Positions 30,576-38,965 of a stretch of DNA of 64,000 nt are shown here, piece by piece. The notes under the pieces are model-generated. The model made no database searches, had not been told where the DNA came from, and saw only the letters and a list, made by a program, of their open reading frames with translations. Source of the stretch: Gemmatimonadota bacterium (GTDB lineage: Bacteria > Gemmatimonadota > Gemmatimonadetes > Gemmatimonadales > Gemmatimonadaceae); NCBI GenBank assembly GCA_016871855.1, contig VHBQ01000006.1, positions 6,103-70,102 on the forward strand, given 5' to 3'. Every line of letters starts with the position of its first letter. The first letter of the stretch is position 1. The position numbers were made by a program, and so were the translations under genes.

Positions 30576-33041
30576 CTACTTTGCCCCGCCGAACCCGTAC
30601 GTCAGGCCGACGTAGACGGCGGTGCCGTTGTAGCTGGGCGCGAGGTACGAGCCCATGTTGATCAGGCGGTTGCCCCACTGGTGCGAGCGCGACGTGTCGC
30701 GCAGCAGCAGCTCAGAACCGACCGGCTCGAACTGCGCGGTGCCGCCACTCTGCTGCCAGTCGTCGAGCGTGAACTTCTCGAGGCGAACGCCGAGACGCCC
30801 CTTCACGTGGCCGAACAGGCGCGTCTGCAGCGAAACGTCCGCCGCCTGCGTGCGATGCTCGACGGGCGCCGGCGAGGTGAAACTGAACTCGTGGTTCGAC
30901 GCGAACGGCGTGCCGTCGAAGTTCACCGCGCCGAAGCCCGCGTACCCGATCTCCATGGTCGCCATCGTGCTCGTGAACGAGGCCGCCAACGTCGTCTTGT
31001 CGGGGACGAGGTCGAAGCTCCCCCCGATCATGACGTACGTCGTGCGATCGTCGAAGTCCGCCATCCACTGGCTCGACGCGCGCGTCCACGGTCCGAGCGA
31101 CGCCGTGTTCACGGCGCTCGGGTTCAGCCGGTTGTTCTCGTTGAACTCGATGCTCTTCATGTCCGACGTGCCGGCATCAGCGCCGAGGGTGGCATTGAGC
31201 GCCACCCGGTCGTTGGGCATATAGCTCACGTCCAGGGAGAGCTGCTGCTGCGCCCGCTTGAGGAGCCCGAGCTGGTTGCCCGGGGTTCGGGCCGCCTGGT
31301 CCGCGACGGCGAGCCCAAGGAGCGGCTGCACGGACGTCACGTCCGAGTCGAAGTCGTCGGAGAGCGACTTGAACCGCGCCGACACCGAGAGCTTGTCGTT
31401 CGGGTTCACCGTCACGCTGATGTCTGACTGGGTGCGCGCGCGGTCCGCCATGGTGAACATCCGCATGTCCGGGTGGTTCTCGAACGCGAACTGCGGGTTG
31501 TTGTTGTCGGTCGCCTCGGCGGGCGTGTACCAGTAGCTGTGGGTCGGCGCCTTGTAGTCATACTCGCCGGCGTCACGGTTGGAAGCGAGCACGCGTGCCC
31601 GTAGCGAGAGCCAGCGGGTGGGGCGCCCGTTCCAGCCCAGGCGCAGCGTGTTCTCCTCCGTCGCCGCCGCCTCGAGGTGCTCGCGCCCGAAGTCCTCGCG
31701 CTCGACGCCGAGGACGAGGCTGCCCTTGAGTGCGGGCACCCGCACCGTGGTCTCGACGCCGAAGTTCTGGCGGTCCCAGGCAAAGGGCTCGTTGAGGCGC
31801 TTGTTGACGTAGGCGACCGTGCCGGTGGTGTTCGCCGCATCCTGAATGGCGTACTGCCACTTCGCCTTCGGCGTCTGGTTGTCCAGTTCGTAGTGCCGGG
31901 CGAACGCGCGCACGTTGACCAGGGGCAGCGGCGCGATGAAGTACTCCGCGGCGAGCGCGGTGGTCTCGATCTTTCCCTGCGTGCTGGCGCGGGGGAGCGT
32001 CTTGTTCACGAGCACGTCGTTCGCGTAAGCGTACGGGAGCAGCGCACCGTCCTGCTCCATCGTCCCGCGCGCGACGCTGCCGGTGAGCCGGCTGGCGAAG
32101 GGGAGAGCGACACCGCCAGAGAGCGTAACGCTCTGGTACGTGTTGTCCGGCGCGAGCGGCCGCCGGCCGTACACTGATACCGCACGGTCCCACGTGTCGT
32201 ACGTGGCGCCGGCGGGCGCGGAGGCCCACACGTTCCGCCACGTCAGCACGTCAATCTCGTTCTCGAACTGCGATCGCAGGAACTCGGCCCGCACCTGGTA
32301 GCGCGGCTTCACGATTTCAGCCGAGGCGGTGACGTCGTTCGAGGCGAAGTCCACCGGTTCGGCGAACTGCACGTTGAGCGTCCGCGGCGGGCGGTCGCCC
32401 ATCGGGCCGTACCCGATGCGGCTCCCTTCCTTGGCGCGCCGCGTGAACCCGACCGCGAAGTTCATGGACTTCACGCCGCTGTACGACAGCGCGAACGCCC
32501 CGTTCTTCGACGTGGTGCCCAGGTCAACGGCACGCGCGTTGGCGGCGACCCAGGCGGCGGCGATGGCGTCCATCGCCACGACACTGGCCGCGTCGGAACT
32601 CCCGGTGGCGAGCTTCTTGAAGGTGATGGCCATCGTGGACGGTGCGTCGAGCTTTCCGGGCGACGTCTCTCTGAGCACGGACTTGGCCTTGTGGCTCAGG
32701 TCGTGCGGCAGCTCGTCCCAGGTGGCCGACAGGCGCCAGACGCCCGGCCGGCCCGCGGCGAGGCCGAGGCTCTGGTCACGACGCGTCACGTCGGCGCCGG
32801 CCAGGTTGAAGTAGGTCCCCCCGGCGTTCTTCTGGAAGGTGAAGGCCAGCGGCGTCTTGCCGTTGCGCAGATCGCGGTATTCGGTGAAGACGCTCGAATT
32901 CGAGCTGTTGTCGGTGCCCTGCACGCCGATCGTGATGGTGCCCCGTCCCGCGGCGTCGGCGGCGGGCGCCTTCTCAGCGACTTGGGCCGTGGCCAGCAGC
33001 GGCATGGCGGCCAGCGTCAGGCAAGCAATGTAGTTGCGCAT
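30576..33041 (-). CDS. MtrB/PioB/MtoB-family outer-membrane beta-barrel porin (decaheme-associated)
   Basis: 821 aa with signal peptide LTLAAMPLLATAQV. The alternating beta-strand-style sequence is rich in Y/G/T/N. An N-terminal VFTEYRDLRNG motif resembles the family's 'GEYxGL' region. GGAG lies 8-12 nt before the ATG, which is 13 nt after the stop of a decaheme cytochrome gene. Confidence 0.7.
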   Translation of the reverse strand: MRNYIACLTLAAMPLLATAQVAEKAPAADAAGRGTITIGVQGTDNSSNSSVFTEYRDLRNGKTPLAFTFQKNAGGTYFNLAGADVTRRDQSLGLAAGRPGVWRLSATWDELPHDLSHKAKSVLRETSPGKLDAPSTMAITFKKLATGSSDAASVVAMDAIAAAWVAANARAVDLGTTSKNGAFALSYSGVKSMNFAVGFTRRAKEGSRIGYGPMGDRPPRTLNVQFAEPVDFASNDVTASAEIVKPRYQVRAEFLRSQFENEIDVLTWRNVWASAPAGATYDTWDRAVSVYGRRPLAPDNTYQSVTLSGGVALPFASRLTGSVARGTMEQDGALLPYAYANDVLVNKTLPRASTQGKIETTALAAEYFIAPLPLVNVRAFARHYELDNQTPKAKWQYAIQDAANTTGTVAYVNKRLNEPFAWDRQNFGVETTVRVPALKGSLVLGVEREDFGREHLEAAATEENTLRLGWNGRPTRWLSLRARVLASNRDAGEYDYKAPTHSYWYTPAEATDNNNPQFAFENHPDMRMFTMADRARTQSDISVTVNPNDKLSVSARFKSLSDDFDSDVTSVQPLLGLAVADQAARTPGNQLGLLKRAQQQLSLDVSYMPNDRVALNATLGADAGTSDMKSIEFNENNRLNPSAVNTASLGPWTRASSQWMADFDDRTTYVMIGGSFDLVPDKTTLAASFTSTMATMEIGYAGFGAVNFDGTPFASNHEFSFTSPAPVEHRTQAADVSLQTRLFGHVKGRLGVRLEKFTLDDWQQSGGTAQFEPVGSELLLRDTSRSHQWGNRLINMGSYLAPSYNGTAVYVGLTYGFGGAK

Positions 33042-33054
33042 GATCGTGGTCTCC

Positions 33055-33969
33055 TCACCGCGTGAACTTGGGACCCGACGGGTGCTGCGACCCGTGGATC
33101 GTCATGTGGCAGTTGACGCACCCTTCCCCGTACGGATTGCTGGTCCGGTTGTAGCGCGGGAGGTTGATGTGTCCGCCGTACGAGTGGCACTGCAGGCACA
33201 GGAAGGCGTCCTTCTTGTTCAGCAGCTTGCGATTCGTGGACCCGTGCGCGCTGTGGCAGTTGGCGCAGCTCTCACGCACCGGCGCGTGCTCCCAAAGGAA
33301 CGGGCCGCGCTTCTCGGTGTGACAGGAGTTGCACGTTTCGTTGAGGGTCGCGTGCTTCAGCAGGGCGGGGTTCGAGCCGTGCACGTTGTGACACGACACG
33401 CAGTCCATGCGCCCCTCGCGCACCGGATGGTGCGAGGTCTTCGCCATCTGCGCCTTGGTCGATGCGTGGCAGCGATAGCAGCTCTCTGTGGCGCGGGCAC
33501 GGGCGAGCACCGCGCCGCCGCCGCGCGGCGCCTTGGCGGCGTGGCACGAGGTGCAGCTGAGTTCGCCGGCCGCGTGGGCCCCCGTCATGTACGTCAGGCG
33601 GCTGCCGCCGGCGTGGCACTGCATGCAGATGCCCGACTGCTGGGCCTTGGTGAGCGACTTCCACTCCGCCACCGGCTTGCTGTCGTCCACGTGCTTGCTG
33701 CGCGGGCCGTGGCACGATTCGCAGGTCCCGGCGACGGCGGTCTTCCCGGCCTTGAAGTACTCGGCGTGGGCGCTGCCGTCGAACTTGTGGGCGACGGCAT
33801 CGTGACAGGTCGCGCAGGACTTGTCGTCGTTGACGAACTTCGCGCCGGCAAAGGCGGGGTTGATCTTCTCCCACGCCACCTGCTGCGCGCGTCCCGATGC
33901 GCTGACGCCTGTCAGCAGGATCGAGAGGGTGGCCAGCACCGGCCCCCATCTGTACCAAGCAGTTCGCAT
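33055..33969 (-). CDS. periplasmic decaheme c-type cytochrome, MtrA/DmsE/PioA/MtoA family
   Basis: Exactly ten CxxCH motifs in ~300 aa: CATCH, CESCH, CMQCH, CTSCH, CYRCH, CVSCH, CNSCH, CANCH, CLQCH, CVNCH. Signal peptide is MRTAWYRWGPVLATLSILLTGVSASG. ATG 33969 has GGAG ~9 nt upstream, so the track start 34107 is rejected. Confidence 0.85.
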   Translation of the reverse strand: MRTAWYRWGPVLATLSILLTGVSASGRAQQVAWEKINPAFAGAKFVNDDKSCATCHDAVAHKFDGSAHAEYFKAGKTAVAGTCESCHGPRSKHVDDSKPVAEWKSLTKAQQSGICMQCHAGGSRLTYMTGAHAAGELSCTSCHAAKAPRGGGAVLARARATESCYRCHASTKAQMAKTSHHPVREGRMDCVSCHNVHGSNPALLKHATLNETCNSCHTEKRGPFLWEHAPVRESCANCHSAHGSTNRKLLNKKDAFLCLQCHSYGGHINLPRYNRTSNPYGEGCVNCHMTIHGSQHPSGPKFTR

Positions 33970-34181
33970 GCTCTGGACTCCCCTTGAAAAATGTCCTGCC
34001 ACTCGGCGCGGCCCGACGCCGCGGTGCGGCGCCGTCTGCCTGCCAGGTGGCCTTCGCCGTCCGTCTCGACGCGGTGGGCGTCGTGACGGACGAACAGGAA
34101 GCAGCACGCCGGGGGGCCAAAACGGCTTCTTCCTTACTTTATATGGTGCATCGCGTGCCGGTACCGCAGGATGACGGTGAG

Positions 34182-34197
34182 ATTACACTTCTGTAAT
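34182..34197. promoter_or_regulatory. ATTACA-N4-TGTAAT dyad in the divergent mtrA-like / glycosidase intergenic region (candidate response-regulator box)
   Basis: Read directly inside a local AT-rich patch. A TATAAA hexamer (minus strand, 34143-34138) lies ~40 bp downstream in the direction of the cytochrome gene. Confidence 0.3.
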
Positions 34198-34206
34198 GAA
34201 CGTCGT

Positions 34207-34314
34207 CGCCGGCGAGCAGTCGCGACGCGCGCCGCCGCACTGCCGCCGGCGAGCGGACGCGATGCGCGCCGCCGCACTGCCGCCGGCGAGCGAACGCGAT
34301 GCGCGCCGCCGCAT
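34207..34314. repeat. 37-bp tandem repeat: two full copies plus degenerate flanking partial copies
   Basis: GCGCGCCGCCGCACTGCCGCCGGCGAGCGGACGCGAT occupies 34227-34263. It repeats at 34264-34300 with one mismatch. A third copy keeps the first ~13 bp, and a degenerate partial copy lies upstream. Confidence 0.9.
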
Positions 34315-34367
34315 TGTGACCCGCCGCGCGCCGTGCGAACTTAGGGCCGACCCTCCCCCGACGGCCG

Positions 34368-36575
34368 ATGCTCGACCCCATCGAACACCTCGCGCGCGAC
34401 GACAAATGGTATCTGGGCGCCGGCGACGGCGCGCTCTTCGCGCCCACGTACCCGGCCTGGCTGGACACGCCGGGGTTCTGGGACGAGGCGACCGTCTACC
34501 AGTATGCCTTCGCGCCGCTCTTCACCGTGACGGTGCTCGACGCGGACGGCGCGGAGATCGCGGTGCGCGCGATGTCGCGGCGCTGGACGCCGGCGGACCT
34601 CACGGTCAGCTACCGTTTGGAGTCAGGTCTCACCGCCACAGAAGTGCGCACCGTGCATCCGGGTGGGGTCTTCGTCTCGGAGTGGCGGTTCGCGGCCTTC
34701 GAGCCGGTGCGCATCCACCTCGTGGCGTGGACCGCGCAGGACGGCGCCTCGGTGCCCATGGGCGAGGCGGCATGGAGCGACGGAGCGCTTTCCTGGCCCC
34801 GCGTGCTGCACGACCGCCGCCAGCAGCCGCTGCGTGTGCGCGCCGAGCTGGCGTGCATCGGCGAGCCGGCGTCGTGGGCCGCGTCGCGCAGCGAGATGAG
34901 CGCGCCGCAGCCACTCTGGCGGCATACGCCGTTCGTGGAGCAGTGGCGCGCGGGCGGCCTGCCGCGCGCGGTGCGCGATGAGGGCATCTCGCCCGACGGC
35001 CTGTTCTACGCCGCCGTGCATCGCACCATTGATATCGGCTACCAGGGGGCGTCGGCGGTCTTCGCGATGAAGGTCGTGGCCGACGATCCCGCGCTCCCGG
35101 TGCGGGAGACGGCCCGGAGCGTGCGTCCGTCGCACGGGACGATTGCCGGCGCGAGCCGCCGTCGCTGGCACGCCTGGTTCGAGCGGATGCCGCAGCTGCG
35201 CTGTTCGGACCCGTATCTCGAGACCTACTATTGGTATCGCTGGTACGGCCTGCACCTCAACGCCACCGCCGGTGGCCACGGCAACCATCGGTGGCCCTCG
35301 ATGTGCGAGGGGCCCGGCTTCTTCCACCAGCCGATCTCGTATTCGGCGCAGTGCCACGCGCGCGAACTGCGCTGGCTCAACGACCCCGAGCACGCGCGCG
35401 GCGTCCTGCGCACGTTTTTCGCGCACCAGCGCGAAGACGGCTCGCTGCACGGGCGCATCTACGCCAACCATCTCATCGGCACGGACTACTACCATGCCGA
35501 TTGGGGCGGGGCGCTGCTGGCGCTGGACGCGGCGTGGCCTGACGCGGATTTCGTCGCCGAGATGTCGCCGGCGATGGCGAAGTTCGCCGACTGGCTCGTG
35601 CGCACGCGCGACGCCGACGGCACGGGGATGTTCGACGTCGTGGACCAGTACGAGACCGGCCAGGAGTACATGAGCCGCTACCAGGCCGTGGATCCCGACG
35701 CCGACCGCCACGGCTGGGAGAATCGCCTGCGCCTCAAGGGGATCGACGTCACCGTCTACGCCTACGTGCTCTTCCGCACCCTCGAGCGCCTGGCCCACCG
35801 CACCGGGGGCGACGCGGCCAAGTGGAAGCAGCTTGCCACGCGCACGCGCGACGCGGTGCGCGACGAGATGTGGGATCCCAAACGCGCGATGTTCTCTGAC
35901 GTGGACCCGTCGAAAGGCCGGCGCACGGGGGTGAAGGCGGCAGTCTGTTTCTATCCGTATCTGACGGACATCGTGGACGAGTCGCACCTGCGCGGGATGA
36001 AGCAGTCACTGCTGGACCCGGCGCAGTTCTGGACCTCCTTCCCGGTGCCATCGTCGGCCGTCGACGACCCGCGGTTCAGTGCGGACGCCGAGTGGAAGGG
36101 GAAACGGCATGCCTGCCCGTGGAACGGCCGCGCCTGGCCGATGACGAACAGTCATCTCGTCGAGGCGCTCGCCGCCGCATCGCGACTCGGCGCTCCCGCA
36201 CTGCGCGAGCGCGCGGGCGACCTGCTGAAGCGCTTCGTGCGGATGATGTTCCACGATGGCGACCTGCGGCGCCCCAACGGCTTCGAGCACTACAACCCGT
36301 TCACTGGCCGCGCGTCGGTCTACCGCGGCATCGACGACTACCAGCATTCGTGGGTCGCCGACCTGATTCTCCAGTACGCCGCGGGCGTGCGGCCGCACGA
36401 GAAGGGGATCACGGTGGATCCGTTCCCGCTCGGCCTCGAGCAGCTCACGCTCACCGGCGTCCGCGTGCGGGGCCGCGCACTCGAGGTCCGGATCGTGGGG
36501 GAGCGCTTCACCGTGATCAGCGGCGGGGAGCGGTTTGAGTCGGCGCTGGGGGAGGCCGTGGAGTTGAACGACTGA
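34368..36575 (+). CDS. six-hairpin (alpha/alpha)6 glycoside hydrolase, MGH1-like / GH63-trehalase superfamily
   Basis: 735 aa. DVVDQYETGQEYMSRY and HACPWNGRAWPMTNSHLVEAL resemble the catalytic-acid and W-G-P-W regions of GH63/GH37-type enzymes. The exact specificity is unknown. Confidence 0.6.
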   Translation: MLDPIEHLARDDKWYLGAGDGALFAPTYPAWLDTPGFWDEATVYQYAFAPLFTVTVLDADGAEIAVRAMSRRWTPADLTVSYRLESGLTATEVRTVHPGGVFVSEWRFAAFEPVRIHLVAWTAQDGASVPMGEAAWSDGALSWPRVLHDRRQQPLRVRAELACIGEPASWAASRSEMSAPQPLWRHTPFVEQWRAGGLPRAVRDEGISPDGLFYAAVHRTIDIGYQGASAVFAMKVVADDPALPVRETARSVRPSHGTIAGASRRRWHAWFERMPQLRCSDPYLETYYWYRWYGLHLNATAGGHGNHRWPSMCEGPGFFHQPISYSAQCHARELRWLNDPEHARGVLRTFFAHQREDGSLHGRIYANHLIGTDYYHADWGGALLALDAAWPDADFVAEMSPAMAKFADWLVRTRDADGTGMFDVVDQYETGQEYMSRYQAVDPDADRHGWENRLRLKGIDVTVYAYVLFRTLERLAHRTGGDAAKWKQLATRTRDAVRDEMWDPKRAMFSDVDPSKGRRTGVKAAVCFYPYLTDIVDESHLRGMKQSLLDPAQFWTSFPVPSSAVDDPRFSADAEWKGKRHACPWNGRAWPMTNSHLVEALAAASRLGAPALRERAGDLLKRFVRMMFHDGDLRRPNGFEHYNPFTGRASVYRGIDDYQHSWVADLILQYAAGVRPHEKGITVDPFPLGLEQLTLTGVRVRGRALEVRIVGERFTVISGGERFESALGEAVELND

Positions 36576-36667
36576 CGGTGGACGGTAGACAGTAGACGGT
36601 AGAGGTTATCCACCGTCAACCGTCAACCGTCAACCGTCTCCCGTCTCCCGTCTCCCGTCTGCACCGT
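36573..36667. repeat. back-to-back inverted 7-bp repeat arrays (left ~4.7 copies, TTAT spacer, right ~8 copies)
   Basis: Left arm is TGACGG TGGACGG TAGACAG TAGACGG TAGAGG, then the TTAT spacer. Right arm is CCACCGT CAACCGT x3, CTCCCGT x3, CTGCACCGT. The left arm starts with the glycosidase TGA stop. Confidence 0.95.
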
Positions 36668-36675
36668 CGCCTACC

Positions 36676-38280
36676 TTGTCCGCACCGCGACCGCGCCGTA
36701 GCTTCGCGTTTTGGACCACCGCAGACGACCCCGTGACCGTTCCGACCACTTCCCCGACCACCCCGCCGCGCGCACTCGACGCGTTGGCGGCGGTCATCGC
36801 CGAGTTCAACGCCGACCGTCCGCTCGAGGCGAGCATCGCCACGGCGCTCGAGGCGCTGCGTCGCTCGCTGGACGCGCAGGAGTGCTCGCTCTGGCTGCAC
36901 ACCGCGGACGGCTTCGTGCGCACTTGGGTCGCCGGGGATGCCACCGCCGCCGAACTGGCCGTGGTGGCGGCGCTGGGGAGCGGCGAGGAGACGGACGGCG
37001 TGCGCGCGGTCCCGGTCAGCAGCCCGGATCGCCGCATCGGGGCGCTCGCGTTGCGGCTGGCGCGGCCGATGCTTGGCGACGATGCCACGCTCCTGACCGC
37101 GGTCGCCAACCTGCTCGCGCCTGAGATCATCCATGCCGAGCGCTCGCGACAGCTGGAAGTCGAGGTGGCAGCGCGAACGGCCGAAATCGACCGGGAGCGG
37201 CGGTTCACCGAGAAGATCATCGACTCGATGCCCGTCGGGCTCTACGTGATCGACCGCGAGTACCGCATCCAGGCGTGGAATCGCAAACGCGAGACCGGCA
37301 TGCAGGGCGTGTCGCGCGACGAGGCGATTGGGCGAACGATCTTTGACATTCTGCATCGCCAGCCGTTCGAGATGCTGCGCCGCGAGTTCGACGAAGTGTT
37401 CGCGACTGGGCGCATCCAGGAATACCAGATGGAGTCGGCGGCGAGCGGCGACCCGCGCACGTATCGCATCACCAAGATCCCGATGCGGCTGGGCGACTCC
37501 GCGGTAACGCACGTCATCACCATCGGCGAAGACGTCACCGACTGGCGCGAGGGGCATCAGCGCCTGTCGCAAGCCGAGAAACTGGCTGCCATCGGCACGC
37601 TTGCCGCCGGCGTAATGCACGAGATCAACAACCCGCTGGCCACCATCGCCGCCTGCGGCGACGGGCTGGGCTATCGGCTCGAGGACCTGCAGCGTCGCGG
37701 CGCCGAGGTGGGGAAGGACCTCTTCGATTACCTCGAGATCATCGACAACGAGGTCCTGCGTTGCAAGCAGATCGTGGACCAGCTCCTCGACTTCAGCCGG
37801 CCGAAGCAGCTTGCCAAGTCGCCGGTAGACCTCAACGAGGTGGCCGAGAAGACGCTGTTCCTGATGAAGCACCACGGCGGCTTCAAGAAGCTGACGCTGG
37901 TCAAGGAGCTCGAGCCAGACCTGCCGCCGGTTCCGCGCGGCAACGCCGAGCAGCTGGTGCAAGTGCTGATGGCGCTGATCATCAACGCCACGGACGCGAT
38001 GGGCGGGCACGGGACGATCACGCTGCGCACGCGCTCGGGGCCGACCCCGGCCGACGGGGCGATCGTCGAGGTGACCGACACGGGGCACGGCATCGCGCGG
38101 GCGGAGCTCTCGAAGATCTTCGAGCCATTCTATACCACCAAGGCGCCGGGGACGGGGACAGGGCTGGGGCTCGCCATCTGCTACGGCATCGTGCAGGACC
38201 ACCGCGGGCGCGTCGAGGTGGACAGCGTGGTCGGGAAGGGGAGCACCTTCCGCGTCCTGCTGCCGACGATCGAATGGTGA
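36676..38280 (+). CDS. cytoplasmic GAF-PAS sensor histidine kinase
   Basis: 534 aa with no TM segments and a GAF-like N-terminus. The PAS region is IIDSMPVGLYVIDREYRIQAWN and the H-box is GVMHEINNPLATI. The G boxes are DTGHGI and GTGLGLAICYGIV. The track start is TTG and the true start is uncertain. Confidence 0.82.
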   Translation: MSAPRPRRSFAFWTTADDPVTVPTTSPTTPPRALDALAAVIAEFNADRPLEASIATALEALRRSLDAQECSLWLHTADGFVRTWVAGDATAAELAVVAALGSGEETDGVRAVPVSSPDRRIGALALRLARPMLGDDATLLTAVANLLAPEIIHAERSRQLEVEVAARTAEIDRERRFTEKIIDSMPVGLYVIDREYRIQAWNRKRETGMQGVSRDEAIGRTIFDILHRQPFEMLRREFDEVFATGRIQEYQMESAASGDPRTYRITKIPMRLGDSAVTHVITIGEDVTDWREGHQRLSQAEKLAAIGTLAAGVMHEINNPLATIAACGDGLGYRLEDLQRRGAEVGKDLFDYLEIIDNEVLRCKQIVDQLLDFSRPKQLAKSPVDLNEVAEKTLFLMKHHGGFKKLTLVKELEPDLPPVPRGNAEQLVQVLMALIINATDAMGGHGTITLRTRSGPTPADGAIVEVTDTGHGIARAELSKIFEPFYTTKAPGTGTGLGLAICYGIVQDHRGRVEVDSVVGKGSTFRVLLPTIEW

Positions 38281-38287
38281 GGCCGAC

Positions 38288-38956
38288 ATGAAGGTGCTCG
38301 TCATCGAGGACGACAAGACCGTCGGCCAGTTCGTCAAGCGCGGGCTGGAGCAGCAGCGCTGGAACGTGGACCTCGTCGCCGACGGCATCGAAGGCGAACG
38401 CCTGGCGCGCTCGCAGCCGTACGACGTGGTGGTGCTCGACATGCGCCTACCCGGCAAGCAGGGGCTCGATGTGCTGCGCGACCTGCGGGCGACCGGCTTC
38501 GAGCGCCCCGTGCTCGTGCTGACCGCGCAGGATGCGGTGGACGCCAAGGTCACGACGCTGCGCGCCGGGGCGGACGACTACGTGACGAAGCCGTTCGCCT
38601 TCGAGGAGCTGCTCGCCCGCGTGGAGGCGCTGGCCCGGCGGCCGCGGGCGATCGCCGCGCCGGTCCTGACGGTGGGCGACCTGACGCTCGATCTCGACAC
38701 GCGCGAGGTGCGGCGCGGCCGTCGCGTGATCGAGCTCACGCCCAAGGAATTCCTGGTGCTCGAGTACCTGATGCGGCACGCGGGCCGCGTGATGAGCCGC
38801 ACGCTCATCACCGAGTATGCGTGGGGCTATCACTTCGATCCCGGGACGAACATCGTGGACGTCGTCATCAACCACCTGCGCAAGAAGGTGGACGCGGCCG
38901 CAGAGAAGAAGCTGATCACCACGGTGCGCGGCGTCGGCTACGTGGTGAAGGGCTAG
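38288..38956 (+). CDS. OmpR-family response regulator
   Basis: MKVLVIEDDKTVGQFV...VVVLDMRLPG receiver domain plus a winged-helix C-terminus (LTPKEFLVLEYLMRHAGRVMSR...VRGVGYVV). Confidence 0.9.
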   Translation: MKVLVIEDDKTVGQFVKRGLEQQRWNVDLVADGIEGERLARSQPYDVVVLDMRLPGKQGLDVLRDLRATGFERPVLVLTAQDAVDAKVTTLRAGADDYVTKPFAFEELLARVEALARRPRAIAAPVLTVGDLTLDLDTREVRRGRRVIELTPKEFLVLEYLMRHAGRVMSRTLITEYAWGYHFDPGTNIVDVVINHLRKKVDAAAEKKLITTVRGVGYVVKG

Positions 38957-38965
38957 CGGGGCGCC

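Noticed and set aside
33970-34107. N-terminal extensions proposed by the ORF track for the decaheme gene, and similarly for actB (14174-14326), actA (13528-13584), ccmE (24500-24595) and the response regulator (30387-30449).
   Set aside because: - The extensions are Arg/Pro-rich and overlap upstream genes or intergenic signals.
- Internal starts give proper signal, Tat or receiver N-termini.
- For the decaheme gene, the internal start also has a GGAG ribosome-binding site.
34196-34981. 261-aa plus-strand ORF beginning in the 37-bp repeat region.
   Set aside because: It is out of frame with, and overlaps, the well-supported glycosidase gene. Its N-terminus is just the translated tandem repeat (Arg/Ala-rich).
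36638-36658. G-quadruplex / i-motif potential of the (CTCCCGT)n blocks.
   Set aside because: Each block provides only three C3/G3 tracts here, and likewise at 44118-44138. That is short of the four tracts needed for a canonical intramolecular quadruplex.
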